Positions 9,302 through 18,173 of a stretch of DNA of 26,992 nucleotides are shown one piece after another (positions within the stretch are counted from its first letter, which is position 1; each line of letters starts with the position of its first letter). The stretch is from Vulcanimicrobiota bacterium (lineage in GTDB: Bacteria; Vulcanimicrobiota; Vulcanimicrobiia; Vulcanimicrobiales; Vulcanimicrobiaceae): the NCBI GenBank assembly GCA_003133025.1, contig PKZK01000160.1, forward strand, positions 1,650 to 28,641, written 5' to 3'. The notes beneath the pieces were generated by a model. That model had not been told where the DNA came from and made no database searches. It was given only the letters and a program-made list of their open reading frames with translations. The position numbers and the translations under genes are program-made.

Positions 9302-10558
9302 GTGAACATCACCGGCAGCAGTCCTACTCGCGCTCGGTTCATCGCCGGCAGCGCCGCAGCGGCGGCGGCGACCTTTGCCAGTATCAACGTCATCGCCGCG
9401 CCGATGAAGGAAGTGGTCATCGGTCTCAACGTCCCCCAGACGGGTCCGTATTCGGACCAGGGTCTCGACCAGCTCCGGGCCTACCACCTGGCCATCGACG
9501 AGATCAATGCCTCGGGCGGCGTGATGGGAATGCAAATCAAGGCCACTGAGGGCGACGACCAGACCAAGCCGCCCGTCGCGGTCGAAAACGCCCGGCGCAT
9601 GATCGAGCGCGACGGCGCGGTCATGATCACCGGCGGGTCGAGCACCGGTACGGCGATCGCCGTCTCGGGTCTGTGCCAGGAGAAGAAAGTCATCTTCATG
9701 GCGACCCTGACGCACGGCAACGAGCCGACCGACGTCGACTGCCACTATCACACCTTCCGCCGCTACAACAACGCGTACATGTCGGCGCACGCCATGGCCA
9801 GAACTCTTCTGTCCAAGTACGGAACCGGCCGCTGGTTCTACATCACGGCCGACTACTCGTGGGGTCACAGCAACTTCGAGAGCTTGGGCGAAGTGCTCGA
9901 ACCCAAGGGCGCCAAGACGATCAAGAACGTACTGCTACCACTCGGTACGACCGATTTCAGTTCGGCGCTGAGCCAGGCGCAGGCGGCCAAGCCCGACGTG
10001 CTGGTCATCATCGAGTTCGGCAAAGACATGGTCAATGCACTGAATCAGGCGGCGCAGTTCGGCCTGACCAAGTCGACCAAGATCCTCGTGCCGCTGGCCG
10101 ATGAATACATGGCCAAGGGCACCGGCGACAACTTCGACAACGTGGTTACGACCGCACCCTTCTACTGGAAGTATCACGCCGAGAAGTATCCGGCCGCGAA
10201 GAAGTTCGTCGAAGCCTTCATCAAAAAGAACGGCGTCCCGCCTTCGAACGGCGCAGAATGCGCCTACGTCGACATTTACCAGTGGAAAGAGGGCGTGGAG
10301 CGCGCGGGCAGCCTCGACCCCAAGAAGTTCATCGAGAAGATGGAAGGCCACAAGTTCACGGCGACCAAGGAACAAGAGTCGTGGCGCGCCTTCGACCATC
10401 AGGGCATCAATAGCTGCCTCGTTATGGAGGGCGTGCCGCAGGCTTCACGAACCGGCGAGTTCTCGCAGTTCGCCTACGCCAAGGTTCTCGAGGTACACGA
10501 CGGCGCTTCGGTCTCGATCCCGGAAGGGGTCAGCAAGTGCAAGATCGAGTCGGCGTAA
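9302..10558 (+). CDS. Liv-type (branched-chain amino acid family) ABC transporter substrate-binding protein
   Basis: AAGGAG SD before GTG 9302; TRARF Tat-like signal; IGLNVPQTGPYS, ADYSWG, GTTDFS. Confidence 0.9.
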   Translation: MNITGSSPTRARFIAGSAAAAAATFASINVIAAPMKEVVIGLNVPQTGPYSDQGLDQLRAYHLAIDEINASGGVMGMQIKATEGDDQTKPPVAVENARRMIERDGAVMITGGSSTGTAIAVSGLCQEKKVIFMATLTHGNEPTDVDCHYHTFRRYNNAYMSAHAMARTLLSKYGTGRWFYITADYSWGHSNFESLGEVLEPKGAKTIKNVLLPLGTTDFSSALSQAQAAKPDVLVIIEFGKDMVNALNQAAQFGLTKSTKILVPLADEYMAKGTGDNFDNVVTTAPFYWKYHAEKYPAAKKFVEAFIKKNGVPPSNGAECAYVDIYQWKEGVERAGSLDPKKFIEKMEGHKFTATKEQESWRAFDHQGINSCLVMEGVPQASRTGEFSQFAYAKVLEVHDGASVSIPEGVSKCKIESA

Positions 10559-10583
10559 ACTAGCCGCTCGCTAGCAAGCCTAC

Positions 10584-10615
10584 AAGGACCGGCCCCCTGG
10601 GAGCCGGTCCTTTCT
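10584..10615 (+). terminator. Intercistronic stem-loop/weak terminator after SBP gene
   Basis: AAGGACCGGC-9 nt-GCCGGTCCTT followed by TCT. Confidence 0.6.
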
Positions 10616-10639
10616 CACAACCGCGCGGAGAGAAACACC

Positions 10640-11521
10640 ATCGACGTCATCCTCTCGCAACTGCCCGGCCAGTTACTCGACGGCCTCATCCGAGGTCTCA
10701 CGTACGTGGGCATCGCACTCGGCCTCACGATCGTGTTCGGCATGTTGCGCCTGGTCAATTTTGCTCACGGCGCGTTTTACACCATCGGGGCATACGTAGG
10801 CCTCGTAGTCAGCAACCGCGTCGGCCTCATTCCGGGGCTCATTGCGGCCCCGATCGCGGTCGCCATTTTTGCGTTGATCTTCGACTACGCGCTCTTGCGC
10901 CGGTTTTATACGAAGGAGCCGACCGCACAGATTCTGGTCACCTTCGGGGTGGCCATCATCGTCGAGGAAGCGTTACGGCTCATCTTCTCCGGCACGACGC
11001 AGAGCTACCAAACTCCGGCCTGGACGCAGACCGCGATAAACCTCGGCTTCGTCCAGTATCCGGCCTACCGCCTGGTCTTCGGACTCGGTATCGTCGTGCT
11101 CATCACGGCGTTGTGGTTCTTCATCGAGCGCACGAATTACGGCTTGATCGTGCGCGCCGGCATCCGCGACCGCACGATGGTTCAGTTGCTCGGCGGCAAC
11201 GTACGCCAAGCCTCGACGATCGTCTTCGTGCTCGGCGCGGCCGTCGCCGGTCTGGTCGGCGCGGCGGCCAGCCCGATTTACAGCGTCGATCCCGGTAAGG
11301 GCTTCGAGTTTCTCGTGCCCTCGTTCGTGGTGATCGTCATCGGCGGCTTGGGCAGTTTCGGCGGCGCGATACTCGGCGGCCTGATCGTCGGCGAATTGCA
11401 GAGCATCACCACGCTGATCGCTCCGGCCGCCAGCGACATCATCATCTACGTCGCCATGGCGCTCGTGTTGCTCGTCAGGCCGCAGGGCTTGCTGGGCGAG
11501 AGCGAGGTGATTCGCGGATGA
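10640..11521 (+). CDS. LivH-type ABC permease (probable ATC start)
   Basis: QLLDGL..GL.Y..IALGLTIVFG, NFAHG, GGLGS, RPQGLLG; family similarity extends upstream of GTG 10706. Confidence 0.9.
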   Translation: MDVILSQLPGQLLDGLIRGLTYVGIALGLTIVFGMLRLVNFAHGAFYTIGAYVGLVVSNRVGLIPGLIAAPIAVAIFALIFDYALLRRFYTKEPTAQILVTFGVAIIVEEALRLIFSGTTQSYQTPAWTQTAINLGFVQYPAYRLVFGLGIVVLITALWFFIERTNYGLIVRAGIRDRTMVQLLGGNVRQASTIVFVLGAAVAGLVGAAASPIYSVDPGKGFEFLVPSFVVIVIGGLGSFGGAILGGLIVGELQSITTLIAPAASDIIIYVAMALVLLVRPQGLLGESEVIRG

Positions 11522-12570
11522 AGGATCTCCGATTCTACGCGCTCACGGCACTGGGACTGATCCTCTTCCCATTCATCATCCACCCGATCTACGGTTATCC
11601 CGGGTTGGCCACGGAGATCCTGATCCTGGGCATCGGCGCGATCGGCTTCAACCTGTTGCTGGGCTACGCCGGATTGCTTTCGTACGGCCAGGCGATGTTC
11701 TACGGCCTCGGATCGTACGTCGCGCTGCTCACGATCCAGACGTTCTTCCCGCACTTCCCGAACTTCTGGCTCGCGCTGTTTCTCGCGGTGGCCTTCGTCA
11801 CGCTGGTGGCGCTCGTGGTGGGCATGTTGACCGTGCGGCTGTACGGGATCTATTTCTCGCTGCTGACGCTGGCCTTCGCGCAGATGTTCTTCTTCATCGT
11901 CTTCCAGTGGCGCTCGCTGACGCGAGGCGACGACGGCCTGCAGGGCATCACCGTGCCGCCGCTGCCGCTCGGATTCACGTCGATCGACCTGACCGGCACG
12001 TTTCCCGAGCTCGACCTGGGCCCGTTCGGAAACCTGCACGACGTGCACTACTGGTATCTCTTCGCGGCGATCGTGACGTTCCTGGTGCTGGCCTTCGTGC
12101 GCACCTTGACCCGTTCGCAGTTCGGCGAAGTGTTGGCGGCAATTCGCGAAAACGAGGAGCGCTCCACCTTCGTGGGCTTTTCGCCGATCCGCTATAAGAT
12201 CGCGGCCTTTACCATCGCCGGCATGCTGACCGGCCTCTCCGGAGCGCTCAAAGGCCTGTATGAAGGCTCCACGGCGGTCGACACGCTCACCGTCGATACG
12301 AGCGGCAATTTCGTGATCTACACGGTCGTCGGCGGCGTCAAGACGCTATTCGGGCCGCTGGTCGGCACCGGGCTCATCATGTACTTGCAAAACGTGATCG
12401 GCGGCAAGATCGATTACTGGCGCCTGATCGAGGGCTTGATCTTCGTCGCGGTGATCGTCTTTTTGCCGGGTGGATTACTCGGCTCGTTCGGGCCGCGAAG
12501 CCGCACTTGGCTCCAACGAGCGCTGCGCATTACGCCCCAAACCATCGAAGCGAGCCGGAACGTACGATGA
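11518..12570 (+). CDS. LivM-type ABC permease
   Basis: NLLLGYAGLLSYGQ, GIYFSLLTLAF, AIRENE, LPGGLLG; ATGA overlap. Confidence 0.92.
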   Translation: MKDLRFYALTALGLILFPFIIHPIYGYPGLATEILILGIGAIGFNLLLGYAGLLSYGQAMFYGLGSYVALLTIQTFFPHFPNFWLALFLAVAFVTLVALVVGMLTVRLYGIYFSLLTLAFAQMFFFIVFQWRSLTRGDDGLQGITVPPLPLGFTSIDLTGTFPELDLGPFGNLHDVHYWYLFAAIVTFLVLAFVRTLTRSQFGEVLAAIRENEERSTFVGFSPIRYKIAAFTIAGMLTGLSGALKGLYEGSTAVDTLTVDTSGNFVIYTVVGGVKTLFGPLVGTGLIMYLQNVIGGKIDYWRLIEGLIFVAVIVFLPGGLLGSFGPRSRTWLQRALRITPQTIEASRNVR

Positions 12571-13355
12571 GCGAGTTCCTTTTGCAAACCAAAGGCTTGG
12601 GCAAGAAGTTCGGACACTTCGCGGCCAACAGCGACATCGATTTCTCCGTTCGGCCGGGCGAGCTGCGCGCCGTGATCGGGCCGAACGGCGCGGGCAAAAC
12701 GACCTTCTTCAACCTGCTCTCCGGTGTCGCGACGCCGACCGACGGCGAGATCTACTTCAAGAGCGAGGCCATCTCCAAGCTCTCCGGACCGAAGCGGGTC
12801 GCCCGGGGCATCGCCAAGGCCTTTCAGACGGCCAATATCTATCCCGACGAGTCCGTCTTCCAGAACGCGCGCCTGGCGGCGCTGGCCAAGGTGCAGGGTT
12901 CGTTCGCACTCGAGCCTTTCCGCGGCTCGCGCAGGCTCCGCGAGGTCGACGAGATCGCGGGCGCCGCGCTCGAGCAAGTCGATCTGGGTTCGGTCGCCGA
13001 GGTGCGCGCCGGCGACCTCTCGCACGGCGACAAGAAGCGGCTCGACATCGCCGTGGCGCTCGCGACGAAACCGGAGATCTTGCTGCTGGACGAACCGGTC
13101 GCGGGCATGTCGATCGAGGAAGTGCACAAGACCGACCTGCTGATTCGCGGTTTGGCCAAGCGCATGACCGTACTGATCATCGAACACGACATGGACCTGA
13201 TCATGGGCATCTCCGACTCGATCACGGTGCTGCACCAAGGTAAAGTGCTGGCCAACGGAACGCCGGCCGAAATTCGCGCCAGCAGCATCGTCCAAGAAGC
13301 GTATCTCGGCGGCTACGAGGACACGCTCGCTCCGCACGCGCCGGGGGCGCCGTAA
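12567..13355 (+). CDS. LivG-type ABC ATP-binding protein
   Basis: GPNGAGKTT, LSHG, LLDEP, EHDM, VQEAYLG. Confidence 0.93.
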   Translation: MSEFLLQTKGLGKKFGHFAANSDIDFSVRPGELRAVIGPNGAGKTTFFNLLSGVATPTDGEIYFKSEAISKLSGPKRVARGIAKAFQTANIYPDESVFQNARLAALAKVQGSFALEPFRGSRRLREVDEIAGAALEQVDLGSVAEVRAGDLSHGDKKRLDIAVALATKPEILLLDEPVAGMSIEEVHKTDLLIRGLAKRMTVLIIEHDMDLIMGISDSITVLHQGKVLANGTPAEIRASSIVQEAYLGGYEDTLAPHAPGAP

Positions 13356-14063
13356 ATGGCCGAAGCGTTTCTCGAGGTCGAGAACCTCAATACGTATTAC
13401 GGCGATAGCCACATCCTCAAGGACTTGAGTTTCAAGATCCGGCGCGGCGAAACGGTCGCGCTCCTGGGCCGTAACGGCGTGGGCAAGACCACGACGCTCA
13501 AGAGCATTGTCGGCTGGGTGCCGCCGCGCTCGGGACGCGTCTCCTTCGAGGGCCGTAACGTCACGGGTCAAGAGATGATGAAGAACGCGCGCTTGGGCAT
13601 CTCGCTCGTGCCCGAGGAACGCCGGATCTTCACCAATCTCACGGTCTTCGAGAACCTCAAACTCGCGACGGTCACCGCGCAAAAACCCGGCTGGTCGCTC
13701 CAAGACGTCTACGATCATTTCCCGCGCCTGCAGGAGCGCGCCACGAACAAGGGCGACGAGATCTCGGGCGGCGAGAAGCAGATGCTGGCCATCGCGCGCG
13801 CCCTCGTGCAGGATACGAAACTGCTGCTGCTCGACGAGCCCACCGAAGGTCTCGCCCCGCTGATCGTCCGCGAAGTCGAAGCGATCATCCGCGAGATCAA
13901 GAGCAAGGGCATGACCATCCTGCTCGTCGAGCAGAATTTCTACAGCGCCTTAGCCGTAGCCGACCGCTGCTACATCATCGACCAAGGCACGATCAAGTTC
14001 GAAGGCACGCCCGACCAGTTGCGCGGCAACACCGAGGTGCTCTCGCGCTACCTCCACGTCTAG
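13356..14063 (+). CDS. LivF-type ABC ATP-binding protein
   Basis: GRNGVGKTT, SGGEKQMLAIAR, LLDEPTEGLAP, VEQN. Confidence 0.93.
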   Translation: MAEAFLEVENLNTYYGDSHILKDLSFKIRRGETVALLGRNGVGKTTTLKSIVGWVPPRSGRVSFEGRNVTGQEMMKNARLGISLVPEERRIFTNLTVFENLKLATVTAQKPGWSLQDVYDHFPRLQERATNKGDEISGGEKQMLAIARALVQDTKLLLLDEPTEGLAPLIVREVEAIIREIKSKGMTILLVEQNFYSALAVADRCYIIDQGTIKFEGTPDQLRGNTEVLSRYLHV

Positions 14064-14071
14064 GCGGTTCG

Positions 14072-15136
14072 TTACTGGACGTGGATGCTGACCGGGCCAC
14101 TTTGGCCGGTGGGTTGCGTGAAGCGCCACAGTCGCGTGGTGGTGCCGCCCTGGTAGGCGTCGATGGCGTTGGCCACGGGATCTGCGACGTAGAGATCGGC
14201 GGCGTAGGTCGCGAGCGGGGCGAGAACGTTCTTCTCGTTCAAGCCGATCGTCAACGCGTCGTCGGGGCATTGCGTGCCCGGATCGAAATCGAGGATCACG
14301 TGCGATGCCGAGACGTACACGCGCTCGTTCTCATCGACCGCGATGTGCGCCACCACCGGATTCTGACCCGCCTGACCGTATAAGACCTCGGCCGGCTGAC
14401 CGCCCACGTACTCGGCTGCGATTGCATACCGCGTGACCGGTCCACTGGGCTCCGGGCTACACGACGTATCGTCGGCAAAATACGTCGGCAACGCCGACTG
14501 GAAGAGCACCCACGCGTTGGACGATGCGTCGACGTACGCATCGGCGAAAACCGTTCCGCTCGGATACGTCCAACTCTGGACGCTTTCGCTCGGCGAGAAG
14601 TGGGTGACGGTGGCGTTGTCGGCCGTGACCCACAAGTCCGAACTATCCGCAGCCATGTGGGTCGGCAGCCCGGCGCCGTGGCCGATACCGCCGCCATCGT
14701 AGCGCACGCCCTTATGCCGAACCTTCGGATGGGGCACGTACTCGTCGACCGCTCTGAACTTCGTATCGATTGCGAAGAAATTGTCCAAACCGTTCGTGGC
14801 CAGGGGACCGATCGTCGGCGGATAGGTGCTGAACGTGTTCAACGCTATCTCACCGCGTGCGGTCCGGAGTTTGTGGATATCGTACGTGGCCGGAAGAATG
14901 ATGGCCGATCCGTCCGAGAGCACCACGGCGTTGCCCCCCGCGCCCCAAGGCGAAATGGGCACGCTGCTCTCAACGAGCGCATGCGACTGGAGATCGTATT
15001 CCGCAATCGTGCCCGACCCCCCATTGGAAACATAAATCCGAGGCTGCGCCGCATTCCCAAGAACGCGCCCCGTCGCACCCCCCAAACAAAGCCCAACCGC
15101 ACAAGCCCCCAAAACCACCCGAGAAACCAACCCCAT
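14072..15136 (-). CDS. Secreted hypothetical protein, probable beta-propeller (NHL/YncE-like blades)
   Basis: Signal peptide from ATG 15136; repeated IYVSN, LWVT, AWVL, VYVS, LYVAD strand motifs. Confidence 0.65.
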   Translation of the reverse strand: MGLVSRVVLGACAVGLCLGGATGRVLGNAAQPRIYVSNGGSGTIAEYDLQSHALVESSVPISPWGAGGNAVVLSDGSAIILPATYDIHKLRTARGEIALNTFSTYPPTIGPLATNGLDNFFAIDTKFRAVDEYVPHPKVRHKGVRYDGGGIGHGAGLPTHMAADSSDLWVTADNATVTHFSPSESVQSWTYPSGTVFADAYVDASSNAWVLFQSALPTYFADDTSCSPEPSGPVTRYAIAAEYVGGQPAEVLYGQAGQNPVVAHIAVDENERVYVSASHVILDFDPGTQCPDDALTIGLNEKNVLAPLATYAADLYVADPVANAIDAYQGGTTTRLWRFTQPTGQSGPVSIHVQ

Positions 15137-15206
15137 AATCAACCCCCAAAAAAGAGACTCTAATACAAGCCCAATTCCCCATCCACGCCCAAACTCATCC
15201 TCCCAA

Positions 15207-15552
15207 CGCAAGTCGCAAAGCGACGACCCGCCCACCCAAGCGCAAGTCGCTAAGCGACGAGCCGCCCATCCCAAAACCGCAAGTCGCGAAGCGACGAGCC
15301 AGCGCAAGTCGCGAAGCGACGAGCCGGCCATCCCAGAGCGCAAGTCGCGAAGCGACGAGCCAGCCAACAAAAAGCGCCAAGATAAAACACGATGGAGGTT
15401 CAGATTTGCGTCGGGCCGAGGCGCGGGGCGGCGATGTGTACGTACGAGTACATGAGCCGCCCCGCAACGACGGCCCGGCGCAAATCTGGACCTCTAGCCG
15501 TGCGAAGCGACGAGCCGGCCATCCCTCAGCGCAAGTCGCGAAGCGACGAGCC
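15207..15552. repeat. Array of 23-bp CGCAAGTCGCNAAGCGACGANCC mini-hairpin repeats
   Basis: Copies start at 15207, 15241, 15278, 15303, 15339, 15530, partial at ~15502; core GTCGC-GAA-GCGAC. Confidence 0.9.
15394..15494. repeat. Long-hairpin element, copy 2
   Basis: GGAGGTTCAGATTTGCGTCGGGCCG...CGGCCCGGCGCAAATCTGGACCTC. Confidence 0.88.
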
Positions 15553-15584
15553 AGCCAGCCGAAAGCGCCAAGATAAAGCACGAT

Positions 15585-15685
15585 GGAGGTTCAGATTTGC
15601 GTCGGGCCGAGGCGCGGGGCGGCGATGTGTACGTACGAGTACATGAGCCGCCCCGCAACGAAGGCCCGGCGCAAATCTGGACCTC
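15585..15685. repeat. Long-hairpin element, copy 3
   Basis: Near-identical to copy 2 at 191-bp period; abuts the sodC stop codon. Confidence 0.88.
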
Positions 15686-16254
15686 TACCCGTGCAAAGCG
15701 CCGATTTCGCCGCAGGCTTCCCGCACCCCACTGCCGCCGTTGGGCGGCGTGTCCGTGTAGTTATCCTCGTTGGCGTGGATGATGATCGAGCGGCCCACGA
15801 TGTCGGTCGGGCCGGACAGCACGCTGAGCCGGCTCGTGTAAAACGTCGTCCGGCCGTGGCCCGCTTCGTCGACCACGAGGTTGGGAAGGTCGCCGCCGTG
15901 TCCCGCCCCGTCGGGGCCGAGGTGATGGCCGGTGCCCTGCGGATCGAAATGGCCGCCGGCCGCACCGAACGGCGTGACCTTGCCCGTGGTGTCGCGTAGC
16001 GGATTGCACGAACCGTTTTCGTGTATGTGCAATCCGTGTAATCCGGGCGGCAGGCCGGTCACGTCGATGCGCACTTGCACGCCCCCGGTATCGACGCCGA
16101 CGAACGTTGCCACGCCGAGCTGTTTGCCGCTCGCATCTTGGATGTATGCGGCATACGTCGTGACGGCGGCCCGCCCGGGCTGCGCGGCCAGCCCAACGAC
16201 TGCGACCAGCGCTGCGCTCGCACCGAGCGCGGGAACGATCCGGTTCATCTGCAT
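15685..16254 (-). CDS. sodC: Exported Cu/Zn superoxide dismutase
   Basis: Signal peptide; HGLHIH, GGHF, HGGDLPNL, GRSIIIH, GGSGVREACG. Confidence 0.92.
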   Translation of the reverse strand: MQMNRIVPALGASAALVAVVGLAAQPGRAAVTTYAAYIQDASGKQLGVATFVGVDTGGVQVRIDVTGLPPGLHGLHIHENGSCNPLRDTTGKVTPFGAAGGHFDPQGTGHHLGPDGAGHGGDLPNLVVDEAGHGRTTFYTSRLSVLSGPTDIVGRSIIIHANEDNYTDTPPNGGSGVREACGEIGALHG

Positions 16255-16261
16255 GATAACC

Positions 16262-18151
16262 TCACTCTTCGAGCGTCGTCGTATCGCCGAGTTCGAGTCC
16301 CGCCTCTTTTGCCTTGAGCAGGCGGCGCATGATCTTGCCGCTTCTGGTCTTGGGAAGCTTGGCCACGAACTCGATTTCGGCCGGGGTTCCGATGGGTCCG
16401 AGATGGTAGCGCACGTGTTCGACGAGCGCGGCCTGCAATTCGCTCCCGGCTTCGTAACCCACGCGTAAGACGACGAAGGCTTTGACGACCTCACCCTTGA
16501 TCGCGTCCGGCTTGCCGATCACGCCGGCCTCGCCGCAGGCCGGATGCGAGACGAGCGCACTCTCTACGTCGGCCGTGGCGATCCGGTGACCGGCCACGTT
16601 GAGCACGTCGTCGGCGCGGCCCAGCACGAGCAGGTAGCCTTCCGCATCGAGGGTCGCGACGTCGCCCGCGGTATAGCAGCCGGGAATCTGCTCGAAGTAC
16701 TGACGGTAACGCGCCGGATCGCCCCAGATGCCCGCGAACATGTGCGGCCACGGATTGCGAATGACGAGTAAACCGCCGGCACCGGGCGGAACGGAATTTC
16801 CCTCGCGATCGACCACGTCGAAATCGATCGGCCCGAAAGCCTTGCCGCTATGGTCGGGACGAATCGCGCTCGTGGGCAAGTAACCCATCATCATGGCGCC
16901 CGTCTCCGTCTGCCACCACTGGTTGCACACGGCGGCGCGCCGCGCGCCGACCGTATCGTACAGGAAGTGCCAGGCCTCCGGGTTGAGCGGTTCGCCCGCG
17001 CAGTACACGGCCTGCAGCGACGAGAGATCGCGCTCGCGGGCGGGCTCAGGCCCGAACCGCATCAACATGCGCGCGAGCGTGGGCGCGGTGTACAGTTTGG
17101 TGACGCGGTGCCGGGCGATCACGTCGTACGTCGAGGCCGGCGACGGATAGTCGGGCGCGCCCTCGCGCAAGATCGAGCGATAGCCGTTGGCCAGCGCTCC
17201 GTAGACGATCAGCGAATGTCCCACGATCCAGCCGATGTCGCTCGTGCACCAGTATACGTCGTCGGGCGTGATGCCGGTCGTGCGCTCGAACATCGCAGCG
17301 GCGCCCGCGAGATACCCGCCGTGCGGCATCACGACGCCCTTGGGTTTTCCGGTCGTGCCGCTGGTGTAGAGGATGAAGAGCGGGTGCGTCGCGGCGACGA
17401 TCTCGGGTTCGCGCTCCGTCGCTTGGTTCGCGATGTAGTCGTCGAAGTCGCGTTCGCGCTCGCCCAGCGGCGCCGGCGACTCCGCACGCCGCCAAACGAC
17501 GACCCGGCGCACCTTGGGCGAGCCCGCGACCGCGTCGTCGAGAATGCCCTTGAGGTCGACCCGGCGGCCGCGACGATACGTCACGTCGGCGCCGATGACC
17601 ACCTCCGCGCCCGCGTCGTCGATGCGGTCGCGGAGCGCCGTCGCGCCGAGTCCGGCGTAGACGACGCTATGGATGGCGCCCAGCCGCGCGCACGCGAGCA
17701 TCGCGACGATGCCTTCGAGCGAGAGCGGCATGTAGATGCAGATGCGATCGCCGGCGCGCACGCCGTCGCCGGCGAGCGCGTTGGCCAGCCGGTTGACCTC
17801 CGCGAGCAGTTCGCGATAGGTCAGACTCCGCTCGAAACCGTCCTCGCGCAAATAGTGATACGCGATCGCATCACCCCGCTCGGCGACCTGACGGTCGAGA
17901 CAGGTCACCGTCGCGTTGAGCGTTCCGTCGGGATACCAGCGCGCGTCGCTGAGGCCGCCTGCGAGCGTCGTCTGCGGCGCGACGGCCCAGGCGATTCGCT
18001 CGCCGCAAGCGCGCCAGAAGGCCAGCGGATCGCGCGCCGCTTCGGCGTTCCACGCGTCTTGGTCGGCGATCGGCGCCCACGCCGCCACCTCGGCCGGCGG
18101 CGCGAAGCGCTCGCCCGTGACCAGTAGATTCTCGATCAACACTTCGCTCAT
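16262..18151 (-). CDS. acs: Acetate/propionate-CoA ligase (Acs/PrpE family)
   Basis: YTSGTTGKPKG, WQTETG, GRADD, PKTRSGKIMRR. Confidence 0.88.
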   Translation of the reverse strand: MSEVLIENLLVTGERFAPPAEVAAWAPIADQDAWNAEAARDPLAFWRACGERIAWAVAPQTTLAGGLSDARWYPDGTLNATVTCLDRQVAERGDAIAYHYLREDGFERSLTYRELLAEVNRLANALAGDGVRAGDRICIYMPLSLEGIVAMLACARLGAIHSVVYAGLGATALRDRIDDAGAEVVIGADVTYRRGRRVDLKGILDDAVAGSPKVRRVVVWRRAESPAPLGERERDFDDYIANQATEREPEIVAATHPLFILYTSGTTGKPKGVVMPHGGYLAGAAAMFERTTGITPDDVYWCTSDIGWIVGHSLIVYGALANGYRSILREGAPDYPSPASTYDVIARHRVTKLYTAPTLARMLMRFGPEPARERDLSSLQAVYCAGEPLNPEAWHFLYDTVGARRAAVCNQWWQTETGAMMMGYLPTSAIRPDHSGKAFGPIDFDVVDREGNSVPPGAGGLLVIRNPWPHMFAGIWGDPARYRQYFEQIPGCYTAGDVATLDAEGYLLVLGRADDVLNVAGHRIATADVESALVSHPACGEAGVIGKPDAIKGEVVKAFVVLRVGYEAGSELQAALVEHVRYHLGPIGTPAEIEFVAKLPKTRSGKIMRRLLKAKEAGLELGDTTTLEE

Positions 18152-18173
18152 GCTCGCACGTTCTCTCTCTCGT

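Noticed and set aside
15137..15370. N-terminal extension of ORF 14072..15370 and small ORFs across 15195-15999
   Set aside because: Translations of repeat DNA (SSLRDLR units) or antisense to sodC; the signal peptide begins at ATG 15136
15207..15552. CRISPR array
   Set aside because: Gaps between the adjacent 23-bp repeats are only 2-14 nt and resemble each other; no cas genes nearby
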